Shown here: positions 39,698 to 48,419 of the stretch, in pieces
Layout of the letters: every line of letters starts with the position of its first letter
How positions within the stretch are numbered: position 1 is the first letter of the stretch
Source of the DNA: Bordetella parapertussis
GTDB taxonomy: Bacteria > Pseudomonadota > Gammaproteobacteria > Burkholderiales > SG8-39
NCBI GenBank assembly: GCA_945861875.1
Contig: CAMAWC010000003.1
Location: 3,754 to 67,753, forward strand
Direction of reading: 5' to 3'
DNA length: 64,000 bases
Notes under the pieces: model-generated
The model's input: only the letters and a program-made list of their open reading frames with translations
Told to the model about the DNA's origin: nothing
Database searches by the model: none
Made by a program: the position numbers and the translations under genes

Positions 39698-39755
39698 GAA
39701 GCTCCGGCCGGGTGCTTCAGCAGTACTTAATAAAGTTGAAAAAGGAGTGATACGC

Positions 39756-40736
39756 ATGAACCAGACCCTGCACCGCAGCCTCATCGCCGCCGGCATCGCA
39801 CTGACTGCGTTTGCCGGCGGGGCATTCGCGCAAGCCTTCCCGGCCGAGGGCAAGCCGATACGCATCATCGTCCCTACCGCGCCCTCGGGTGGCAACGACG
39901 TGATGGCGCGCATTGTCGCGCTCAAGCTCGGCGAGCGCATGAAGCGCACCGTCATTGTCGAAAACAAGGCCGGCGCCAACGGCGCCATCGCCTCCGAATA
40001 TGTCGCCAAGGCGGCGCCCGACGGCTACACCATCCTGTTTGGGTACATCGCCACACACGGCATCAACCCGGCGCTTTCCAAGCTGCCCTACGATGCGGTA
40101 AGGGATTTTGCGCCGATCAGCATGCTTGCCGAAGCCCAGGGTGTGCTGGTGGTCAATCCCAAGGTGCAGGCGAAAACGGTGAAGGAACTCATTACCCTTG
40201 CCAAGGCCAAGCCCGGCGCCATCGCCTACGCCTCGGCCGGCAACGGCACCGCGCCGCATATCTCGGCCGAAATGTTCAAACAAATGGCCGGCGTCGACAT
40301 GCTGCACGTACCCTACAAGGGATCGGCGCCGGCGGTCACCGATACCATCGCCGGACAGACGCAGGTGATGTTTCCCAGCCTGGTTGCCGCCAGCCAGCAC
40401 ATCAAGGCCGGGCAGTTGCGCGGCCTCGCGGTGACCGGAAAAAAGCGCTCGCCACTGTTCCCCGAACTGCCGACGGTGATCGAGTCCGGGCTGCCCGGTT
40501 TTGAAGTGACGCAGTGGTACGCGCTCTTCGCACCGGCGAAGACGCCCAAGGCCGTCATCGACAGGCTCAATACCGAGGTGGTGGCCGTGATGAACGACCC
40601 GGACACGGTGAAGCGCTTTGCCGAGCAGGGCGCCGACGCCGAAACCAGCTCCCCCGAGGCGCTGGGCAGGTATGTCGAGGCCGAAATCGCCAAGTGGAAA
40701 AAAGTCATCACGGCGGCGAAAATCACCGCAGACTGA
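39756..40736 (+). CDS. Bug/TctC substrate-binding protein
   Basis: KPIRIIVP, ENKAGANG, APDGYT, HVPYKG; AGGAG RBS. Confidence 0.95.
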   Translation: MNQTLHRSLIAAGIALTAFAGGAFAQAFPAEGKPIRIIVPTAPSGGNDVMARIVALKLGERMKRTVIVENKAGANGAIASEYVAKAAPDGYTILFGYIATHGINPALSKLPYDAVRDFAPISMLAEAQGVLVVNPKVQAKTVKELITLAKAKPGAIAYASAGNGTAPHISAEMFKQMAGVDMLHVPYKGSAPAVTDTIAGQTQVMFPSLVAASQHIKAGQLRGLAVTGKKRSPLFPELPTVIESGLPGFEVTQWYALFAPAKTPKAVIDRLNTEVVAVMNDPDTVKRFAEQGADAETSSPEALGRYVEAEIAKWKKVITAAKITAD

Positions 40737-40795
40737 AGGCAATACAAGAAAGGCAATGCGCTGGAAAACCGCGCCAGATAAGGCTTTCAAGCCAT

Positions 40796-40912
40796 CCGTC
40801 ATCCCCGCGAAAGCGGGGATCCATGGGGTTCGTCTCAGGCATCAAAACAAAAACCCATGGATTCCCGCTCCCCGATTAAAGCGTTCGAGGACAAGCTTCG
40901 CGGGAATGACGG
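40796..40912. repeat. REP-like palindromic element, family A, with an insert in the right-arm loop
   Basis: CCGTCATCCCCGCGAAAGCGGGGATCCATGGG ... CCCATGGATTCCCGC[TCCCCGATTAAAGCGTTCGAGGACAAGCTT]CGCGGGAATGACGG. Confidence 0.82.
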
Positions 40913-40959
40913 CTAAATACAATTGGCGGGAATCAGGTAATTTTTCAACCGGAACGAAT

Positions 40960-41922
40960 ATGAACCCGATTAAATGGCTGTTCGCAGCGGCGCTTTTCGC
41001 GCTCCCCATACTCGCCCATGCGCAGGCCTATCCGTCCAAGCCGGTGCGCATCCTGGTCGGGTTCTCTCCCGGCGGCGTGCCCGACATCGCCGCGCGCATC
41101 CTGGCGCAAAAACTCACCGAGGCCTGGAAGCAGCCGGTGCTGGTGGAAAACCGCCTTGGTGCCGGCAGCAATATCGCGGCGCAGGCGGTGGCGGGCGCGG
41201 CCCCCGACGGCTACACGCTGTTGTCGGTGTCCTCGGCCCACGCCATTGCGCCGGCGATTTATCCCAAGCTGGGATTTGACGTGCTCAAGGATTTTTCCGG
41301 TATCACGCTCACCGCGACCGGCCCCGCGCTGCTGGTGGTCTCGCCCAAGCTGGGCGTAAAGAATGTCGCCGAGCTGATTGCGCTGGCCAAGTCAAAACCG
41401 GGGCAACTCAATTATTCCTCGGCCGGTGTGGGTAGCGGCTCACACTTTGCCGTCGAGTTGCTCAAGGCGCAGACCGGTATCGACGTGGTGCACGTGCCCT
41501 TCAAGGGCATACCCGAGGCGCTGACCGAAACGGTTACCGGCCGCGTGGATTTTTTTGTTTCTCCCTTTGCCAGCGCCATCAACCTGGTGAAAGACGGCAG
41601 GGCCAAGGCCATCGCCGTGACCAGTGCAAAACGCATGGCCGAACTGCCCGACATGCCCACGGTCGCCGAATCGGGCGCGCCGGGCTACCTCTGGGTGTTC
41701 TGGTACGGACTGCTCGCGCCGGCCAAGACGCCGGCGGCGCTAATAAACCAGCTCAATGCCGATGTCACACGCATCCTCAAGGAGTCCGAAGTAAAGGCAC
41801 GCCTCGCGCCGCTGGGCACCGAGCCGGCGACCAGCACGCCCGAGGCCTTCGACAAAATGATCGCCGAAGAAGTGGCGAGCTTTACGCGCGTGGCCAGGGC
41901 GGCGAATATCAAGGTGGATTGA
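40960..41922 (+). CDS. Bug/TctC substrate-binding protein
   Basis: YPSKPVRILVGF, APDGYT, HVPFKG motifs. Confidence 0.95.
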   Translation: MNPIKWLFAAALFALPILAHAQAYPSKPVRILVGFSPGGVPDIAARILAQKLTEAWKQPVLVENRLGAGSNIAAQAVAGAAPDGYTLLSVSSAHAIAPAIYPKLGFDVLKDFSGITLTATGPALLVVSPKLGVKNVAELIALAKSKPGQLNYSSAGVGSGSHFAVELLKAQTGIDVVHVPFKGIPEALTETVTGRVDFFVSPFASAINLVKDGRAKAIAVTSAKRMAELPDMPTVAESGAPGYLWVFWYGLLAPAKTPAALINQLNADVTRILKESEVKARLAPLGTEPATSTPEAFDKMIAEEVASFTRVARAANIKVD

Positions 41923-41988
41923 CGGCTGCGCCGGTCTTTTTTGGTAATGGCGGGAAATGCTGTAGATTGGCGGCGAGGAGGAGTCAAC

Positions 41989-42969
41989 ATGAAAACATTA
42001 AAAATCGCCGCCGCAGCGCTGGCCCTGACCCTGGCCTGCGCATCCCAGGCGCTGGCCCAGGCCCAGGCCTACCCGAACAAACCCATCCGCCTGGTGGTGC
42101 CGTGGCCACCGGGGCAGGCCACCGATCTTGCCGCGCGCATCGTCGGCATCAAGATCAGCGAGTCGCTGGGACAGCCGGTGGTGGTGGACAATCGCGCCGG
42201 CGCCGGCGGCACACTTGGCACCGACATTGCCTCCAAGGCGGCGCCCGACGGCTACACGCTGCTTGCCGGATCGAGCGGGCCGGTGTCGATCAGCCCGCTG
42301 CTGCAAACGGTGCCCTACGACCCGGCGAAGGCTTTCGCGCCGGTCAGCCTGATCGCCACGGTGCCCTACATCCTGGTCACCCATCCGTCTTTTCCGGCCA
42401 ATAACGCACGCGAGCTGATAGGGCTCTTGAAGGCCAATCCGGGCAAGTACACCTTTTCTTCATCAGGCACCGGTGCGACCGGGCATCTGGTGGGCGAACT
42501 GTTCAACGCCACGGCCGGGGTGCAGGTCTTGCACATACCATACAAGGGCGCGACGCCTTCGCTCACGGACATCATGAACGGCAACGTCGGCTACAGCTTT
42601 GAAACCCTCGCCGCGGTGGTCGGACCGATCAAGTCCGGACGCTTGAAGGCGCTGGCCACTTCGGGGGCGCGGCGCAGTGCGGCGCTGCCCGATGTGCCGA
42701 CCGTTGCCGAGTCGGCCGGCATGCCCGATTTCGCCATGGCGGCATGGATAGGCTACCTGATGCCGGCCGGCACGCCGCCAGAGGTGCTTGCGCGCCTGAG
42801 CGCCGAGGTGCAAAAAGCCATGCAGGCGCCGGACCTGAAGGAGCGCTATCTTGCCCTGGGCATGGACCCGGTGGCCAACACACCCGAGGAACTGGGCGCG
42901 CTGATGGTGCGCGAGCGCGAACGCTACAGCACGATTATCAAGCGGGCCAACATCAAGCTGGAGCAATAA
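41989..42969 (+). CDS. Bug/TctC substrate-binding protein
   Basis: YPNKPIRLVVPW, APDGYT, HIPYKG; GAGGAG RBS. Confidence 0.95.
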   Translation: MKTLKIAAAALALTLACASQALAQAQAYPNKPIRLVVPWPPGQATDLAARIVGIKISESLGQPVVVDNRAGAGGTLGTDIASKAAPDGYTLLAGSSGPVSISPLLQTVPYDPAKAFAPVSLIATVPYILVTHPSFPANNARELIGLLKANPGKYTFSSSGTGATGHLVGELFNATAGVQVLHIPYKGATPSLTDIMNGNVGYSFETLAAVVGPIKSGRLKALATSGARRSAALPDVPTVAESAGMPDFAMAAWIGYLMPAGTPPEVLARLSAEVQKAMQAPDLKERYLALGMDPVANTPEELGALMVRERERYSTIIKRANIKLEQ

Positions 42970-43029
42970 GCGCGACTGCGCGCAATTCAAGCCAGGCGGA
43001 TCGGGCCTGGCCCGCCGGGGTCAGTGGCG

Positions 43030-44028
43030 TCAGTCGAGCTTGATGCCCAGTTCTTGAATGATGGGACGGAACTGCGCGACCTGTTTGCGCAGCATGGCGT
43101 CCTGCTCAGCCGGCGTTGAGCCGACCGCCTCGGCGGAGATTTCGTTGAGGCGTTTCATTACTTCCGGGTGACGCACGGCCGCCGCGGTTTCGCGCTGCAA
43201 GCGGTCGATGATGTCGCGCGGGGTTTTGGCCGGGGCGAACAGGCCGTTCCAGCCGTCGGCCTCGATTTTGGGCATGCCCATTTCGCGCACGGTCGGCACA
43301 TCGGGAAGCGCCGGGATGCGCGTCGCCGATACGGTTGCCAGTGCCTTCAGCGTGCCCTTTTTAATGTCACCGATGGACGAGGACAACTGGTCGCCGCCGA
43401 CTTGTATGCGCCCGGCGAGCAATTCTTGCTTCAGCGGGGCGGCGCCCTTGTACGGGATGTGGGTCATCTCGATTTTTTCCTCGCGTTTGATCACTTCGCC
43501 GACCACATGCATGAACGAGCCGGGTCCGGTGGAACCGTAGTTGTATTTCAGCGTGCTGTCTTTTTGCAACAGGGTTGCCAGTTCGCGCAGGTTGTTGGCC
43601 GGCACGCTGGGGTGCACCATGATTACCAGCGGCACGTTGGCGGCTATGGATATGCCGGCGAAGTCGGTGTCGATGTTGTAGGGCGCGCGATTGGCCAGGG
43701 CGAGGGCGACCGATGCGAGCGGGAAGGTGATGTTGTGCATCAGTATGGTGTAGCCGTCGGGGGCGGCCTTGGCGACCGCATCGGCGCCGATCGAGCCGCC
43801 GGCGCCGGCGCGGTTTTCCACCAGCACCGGCTGGCCCATGGTCTCGGTCATGCGCTGCGCCACCAGGCGCGCGATGATGTCGGTGGTGCCGCCCGCCGGG
43901 AAGGGCACGATGATCTTGATCGGCCGGCTCGGGTAGGCCTGTGCCAGCGCGCCGGTCGGTATCGCAGCGCTCAGGGTGAGCGCGAGGGCGCAGAGTGCGG
44001 CCCGCAGGACTGCTTTTGTTGAAACCAT
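43030..44028 (-). CDS. Bug/TctC substrate-binding protein
   Basis: YPSRPIKIIVPFPAGG, APDGYT, HIPYKG motifs. Confidence 0.95.
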   Translation of the reverse strand: MVSTKAVLRAALCALALTLSAAIPTGALAQAYPSRPIKIIVPFPAGGTTDIIARLVAQRMTETMGQPVLVENRAGAGGSIGADAVAKAAPDGYTILMHNITFPLASVALALANRAPYNIDTDFAGISIAANVPLVIMVHPSVPANNLRELATLLQKDSTLKYNYGSTGPGSFMHVVGEVIKREEKIEMTHIPYKGAAPLKQELLAGRIQVGGDQLSSSIGDIKKGTLKALATVSATRIPALPDVPTVREMGMPKIEADGWNGLFAPAKTPRDIIDRLQRETAAAVRHPEVMKRLNEISAEAVGSTPAEQDAMLRKQVAQFRPIIQELGIKLD

Positions 44029-44154
44029 GGTTTCCTCCCGGTATTTTTTTGTATGTATTCCGGAGTTAGATACTACGCCTGTCCGGAGCCTCGCACAGTG
44101 GGGCGTTCGCCGTGCAACTGCGCGCCCGGCGCAAGGTCGAAGTGGTCGAGGGAC

Positions 44155-45126
44155 CTAGTTGGCGACGATACCGGCCGCGCGTATCAGTTTGCCGTAGCGC
44201 GCCACGTCACTGCGTATCAGATTGCCGAATTCGACCGGGCCGTCGCCCGACAATTCAAAGCCCAGCGTCGAGAGCTTGGCACGCACCGACGGATTGGCGA
44301 TGGCCCTGGCAAACTCGGTATGCAGTTTGCGGATCACCTCGGGCGGCGTGCCCGCCGGTGCGACCACGCCGTTCCAGGCGGCGTAGCCGTAGCCGGGAAC
44401 ACCGGCTTCGGCGATCGTCGGCACATCGGGCATCGCGGCCGAGCGCCTGGGCGTGCTGATGCCAAGCGCGCGCAGCTTGCCGTCCTTGACCAGCGATATG
44501 ACATTGGACATGCCCGAGAACATCACCGGCACATGGCCGGCCAGCACGTCGGCCAGGGCCGGGCCCATGGACTTGTAGGGCACGTGCGTCATGCGCACAC
44601 CGCTCGCCTCCATGAAAAACTCCATCGCCAGGTGTTGCGCGGCGCCGGCGCCGGTGGAGGAAAAATTGATGCTGTCGGGCTTGCCCTTGGCCATTGCAAT
44701 CAGCTCGGCGAGATTCTTTGCCGGGAAGGCCGGATTGACCACCAGCACCAGCGGAACGGTGGAGAACAGCGTTACCGGCAGGAAATCTTTCAGCGGGTCG
44801 TAGGGCAGCTTGGCGTACATCGCCGGGTTGGCCGCCATGATGCCGTCGTTGGGCATGAACAGGGTGTAGCCGTCGGGCGCCGAGCGCGCCACCGCTTCGG
44901 CGGCGATGATGCCGTTGGCGCCGGTGCGGTTGTCTATGATCACCGCCTGGCCGACCTGCTCGGCCACCTGTGCGCCGACCACCCTGGCGATGGTATCGAC
45001 CGCGCTGCCGGTGCCAAAGGGCACGATGATGCGAACCGGCTTGTCGGGAAAAGTCTGGCCGGCGGCGAGGTTGGCGAAGCACAGTAGTGTGGCGGTCAAT
45101 AGCGTGGCAAGACGGCGCAAAATCAT
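44155..45126 (-). CDS. Bug/TctC substrate-binding protein
   Basis: FPDKPVRIIVPF, APDGYT, HVPYK motifs. Confidence 0.93.
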   Translation of the reverse strand: MILRRLATLLTATLLCFANLAAGQTFPDKPVRIIVPFGTGSAVDTIARVVGAQVAEQVGQAVIIDNRTGANGIIAAEAVARSAPDGYTLFMPNDGIMAANPAMYAKLPYDPLKDFLPVTLFSTVPLVLVVNPAFPAKNLAELIAMAKGKPDSINFSSTGAGAAQHLAMEFFMEASGVRMTHVPYKSMGPALADVLAGHVPVMFSGMSNVISLVKDGKLRALGISTPRRSAAMPDVPTIAEAGVPGYGYAAWNGVVAPAGTPPEVIRKLHTEFARAIANPSVRAKLSTLGFELSGDGPVEFGNLIRSDVARYGKLIRAAGIVAN

Positions 45127-45236
45127 GATGATTTCCGGTGAGTTGGGGGGGCGGGTCATTGTAGACTGTGCCGGAGGCAATTCACAATTCAAGGTTTGCA
45201 TTTTGCAATGGCAGCCGGATCGCAATGGAGCGAGGC

Positions 45237-46613
45237 ATGAGCAGCGACAATATGAGCAGCGACACGACGACCTATCTGGACCAGCTGGCTGAATTTGCCA
45301 ACCGCACGCAACTGGCCGACGTCTCGCCTGCAGCGCTCGCTTATCTGCGCGCCATCCTCGCGGACACGCTTGCCGCCTGCGCCGTTGGCAACCGCGAACC
45401 GGAAATGCGGGCCTTGCTGGCCAGGCAGTTACCGCAGGTGGCGCCCGGATTCGCCAGCGTGTTCGGCTCGGGGAAGCGTCTGAACCCCATGGACGCGGCG
45501 GCGCTCAACGCCGCCGCCGGCTGCTGGCTGGAGCTCGATGAGGGCAATCTGGCCACCAACGGCCATCCGGGCATACAGGTGATTCCCGCCGTGCTGGCGG
45601 CGGCGCAGCAGATGGGCAGCTCGGGTGAGCAATTGCTGCTCGCCTGCGCCCTTGGTTACGAAATCTGCGGCCGCATCGGGGCGGCCTGCGACATGCGCAT
45701 GGAAATCCACCCGCACGGCACCTATGGCGTGGTCGGTGCCGCCGTCGCCGTGGCCCGCCTGCAGGGGCTGGAGCCGGCACGCATGCGCGAACTGATCAGC
45801 CTCGCCGGCTCGTCGCCCATCGCCGGCAACCGCCGCAGCATGAAAGACGGCGCCACGCTGCGCAACTGGTACGCCGCGCACAGCGCGCTGATGGGGCAGA
45901 TGGCGGTGCGCCTGGTGGATGCGGGCTTTACCGGGCCGAGCGACGGCGTGGCGGCGACCTGCGACGAGGTGTTGTTCGACAATTTCCGCCCCGACGAGGT
46001 GGTGCGCGACCTGGGCAGGCGCTGGTTTCTCGCCGAGGGCTATATCAAGCTCTATCCCTGCGGCCGGCCCATCCACGCCGCCATAGACGCGTTGCGCATG
46101 GCGCTGGCCAGGGCGAAGTCACCGGTTCGTCCGGAGGACATCGAGCAGATCAGCGTACGCGGCTTCAAGTTCATCATTTTTCTCAATCGCAAGGATATCC
46201 GCAACGCTTTCGCAACGCGTTTTTCGACGCCTTTTGCCTTGGCTGCGGTGACGGTGAAGGGCAGCCACGGCCTGGAGTGCTTTACCGACGCTACGGCCGC
46301 CGATCCGGTCATCAACGCGCTGATGCAGCGCGTGGAAATGAGTGAAGTGCCCGCATACAGCGCGCAGTTTCCGGGCAAGCAGTTATGCGACGTGGCCATC
46401 CTGCTAAAGGACGGCACCCGGCTCGAAGGCCGTTGCGAGACCATACGCGGCGAAGCGGCCAACCCGGCCGAACCGGCGGAGTATCGCGACAAGTTTTTTG
46501 CCATCGCCAGACCGGTCTGGGGCGAGGCCTTGTCAGAGCGCGTTTATGCTGATGCGCTGAACATGGAAAAACTTGGCAATGTGCGCCAGCTGGCCGGGGG
46601 CGCGGATTTGTAA
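45237..46613 (+). CDS. MmgE/PrpD family protein
   Basis: AAALNAAAG..LELDE, GHP, HPHGT, KLYPCGR..H, AT.FS.PF motifs. Start could also be 45252. Confidence 0.88.
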   Translation: MSSDNMSSDTTTYLDQLAEFANRTQLADVSPAALAYLRAILADTLAACAVGNREPEMRALLARQLPQVAPGFASVFGSGKRLNPMDAAALNAAAGCWLELDEGNLATNGHPGIQVIPAVLAAAQQMGSSGEQLLLACALGYEICGRIGAACDMRMEIHPHGTYGVVGAAVAVARLQGLEPARMRELISLAGSSPIAGNRRSMKDGATLRNWYAAHSALMGQMAVRLVDAGFTGPSDGVAATCDEVLFDNFRPDEVVRDLGRRWFLAEGYIKLYPCGRPIHAAIDALRMALARAKSPVRPEDIEQISVRGFKFIIFLNRKDIRNAFATRFSTPFALAAVTVKGSHGLECFTDATAADPVINALMQRVEMSEVPAYSAQFPGKQLCDVAILLKDGTRLEGRCETIRGEAANPAEPAEYRDKFFAIARPVWGEALSERVYADALNMEKLGNVRQLAGGADL

Positions 46614-46673
46614 CCGTGCTGCGCCTGGACTTGGGTTGGCAGCTGAGATATCGCGGCTACGTTCAGCTTGAAG

Positions 46674-47966
46674 TCATGTCCAGGCGTGTCCAATGCGCTG
46701 CTCGACCCATAGCGCGACGGCGAGCAAGTGATCATCGCGGTGGAATCCACCGATGAATTTTGTGCCCACGGGCAGGCCCTTCGGCCCTTTGTGCGTCGGC
46801 AGTGATATTGCCGGTGCGTGCAGGAAAGTCCACATGCTCTGCCAGCGCTGATCTCCGGTTGCGGAAAGTCCCTCGGGTGCCTCGCCGGCGGCGCTTGGAA
46901 CCAGCAGCGCGTCGCAGTCACCGAGTACGGAGGGAAATGCCGCGCGGCACGCCGCCGCAGTGGCGAGGTCATCAAGATAGTCTTCGTAGCGGTGGTCGCG
47001 GCCGATCTCGAGGTATTGCTGGAGTTTCTCGCTCAACATTTCGCGGTGATTGTTCCATTCCCACGCCAATGCCCGGAAGAATTCATATGACAGCACCCTC
47101 CAGTGCGCCGCAGCCATGCTCGCAAAAAGCGGCGGTAATTCAATGCTTGTGACGCGCGCGCCCGCTGTGGCGAGTTTCGCCCCCATGTCATGGACCGCCT
47201 CGATCGATTCCGGGCTGGTTTCATTCCAGAGGTGCGTTCGGGCGATGGCAATGCGCGGCGGCCTTAGGAGGACGGTGGTGCCAACAGCCGGCCGGCCGTT
47301 GAGTACGGCATTGACCAGTGCAATGTCATTGACTGAGCGCGCCATGCACCCGATGGTGTCAAGCGATTCGGACTCGGACATCACCCCGGCGCGATTGACC
47401 AGCCCGTAGCTGGGTTTCCAGCCGACTACGCCGCAAAATGCCGCGGGACGGATCACCGAACCGGCGGTCTGGGTGCCGATGCCGGCCGGTACCATCAGGT
47501 CGGCCACCGCCGCGGCGGTACCGCTCGATGATCCCCCCGGCGTGTGCGCAGTATGGTGAGGGTTACGCGTCAGGTTCGGCTGCATGGCGGCAAATTCGGT
47601 CGTGACGGTTTTCCCGAGGATTACCGCACCGGCTGCCCGCAGCAGTCCTACCGAGGCGGCGTCGGCCCGCGGCTGGTTGCCGTCGTAGATGGGAGAGCCC
47701 ATGCCGGTGGGCATATCGGCGGTGTTGAAGATGTCTTTAACTGCGATGGGTACCCCATGCAGCAGACCGCTTCGCTCGGCAGAGTCGTCCCGCTCACGCG
47801 CCTGGAGGAGTGCCTTTTCCGCCGACAGGTACGCCCAAGCGTGCACCACGGGTTCACGCGTCGCGATGCGTTCGAGGCAATCCTGTACCAGGTCCACGGA
47901 GGAAATACCGCCAGAAGCTATGCGCCGTGCGGCGTCAGTGGCCGAGAGGTGGTTTAAGTTCGTCAT
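46674..47966 (-). CDS. Amidase signature family protein
   Basis: GVPIAVKD, GKTVTTEFA, PGGSSSG, GTQTAGSVIRPAAFCG. Confidence 0.93.
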   Translation of the reverse strand: MTNLNHLSATDAARRIASGGISSVDLVQDCLERIATREPVVHAWAYLSAEKALLQARERDDSAERSGLLHGVPIAVKDIFNTADMPTGMGSPIYDGNQPRADAASVGLLRAAGAVILGKTVTTEFAAMQPNLTRNPHHTAHTPGGSSSGTAAAVADLMVPAGIGTQTAGSVIRPAAFCGVVGWKPSYGLVNRAGVMSESESLDTIGCMARSVNDIALVNAVLNGRPAVGTTVLLRPPRIAIARTHLWNETSPESIEAVHDMGAKLATAGARVTSIELPPLFASMAAAHWRVLSYEFFRALAWEWNNHREMLSEKLQQYLEIGRDHRYEDYLDDLATAAACRAAFPSVLGDCDALLVPSAAGEAPEGLSATGDQRWQSMWTFLHAPAISLPTHKGPKGLPVGTKFIGGFHRDDHLLAVALWVEQRIGHAWT

Positions 47967-48021
47967 AGTTTGAATATATCAAATCCTGTTCCCAAAGTTC
48001 TGGTGATGAAAAATCGGAGAT

Positions 48022-48037
48022 TGGCGCGAAGCTTGCT
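48022..48037 (+). promoter_or_regulatory. Sigma54 -24/-12 consensus element
   Basis: TGGCGCG-AAGC-TTGCT fits TGGCACG-N4-TTGCW with exact spacing; points toward the glnT-like operon about 380 nt downstream. Confidence 0.5.
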
Positions 48038-48348
48038 CATGCAGGACTATGGTGCGGCGCGTCGCAAGCTTGAATCTGCTCGAAGTGTAGACGCAATTGG
48101 GGACCAGGCGGGAGGCGGCATACAGGTGTCCAGCGGTTGCACCGTGACCGCTTTGGCGCTGTCAACCCAGGCAATTGGTGCACTGCCAGCAGGCAGGGCG
48201 ACCAGGTTTTGCACCATTGATGGGCGGGAGCGGTGTTGCTTGGCGACGGGTACTCCTGAGCTTTTCTTATAGGTATTAGCGGTCTAGCTGCTCGTTGCCG
48301 GTTGAGGAAAAAAATTCGAGTTATAACTTGTTATGCCGTGTTAAAGAT

Positions 48349-48375
48349 GTTTAAATTAATCGGTTAGTTAAATTT
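48349..48375. promoter_or_regulatory. Putative TetR-type operator in an AT-rich promoter region
   Basis: Imperfect palindrome TTAATCG-GT-TAGTTAA about 50 nt upstream of the operon's first gene; the operon encodes a TetR. Confidence 0.4.
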
Positions 48376-48419
48376 GAATAAGTGCACGCAGCAGATTACC
48401 TAATCCGAGGGGAATACCA

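Noticed and set aside
39633-40959. N-terminal extensions of Bug ORFs through REP elements (starts 39633 and 40618)
   Set aside because: Signal peptides begin at 39756 and 40960; the REP sequences just lack stops in those frames.
47970-48272. 100-aa ORF in the divergent intergenic region
   Set aside because: No recognisable motif or RBS, and it overlaps probable regulatory sites.
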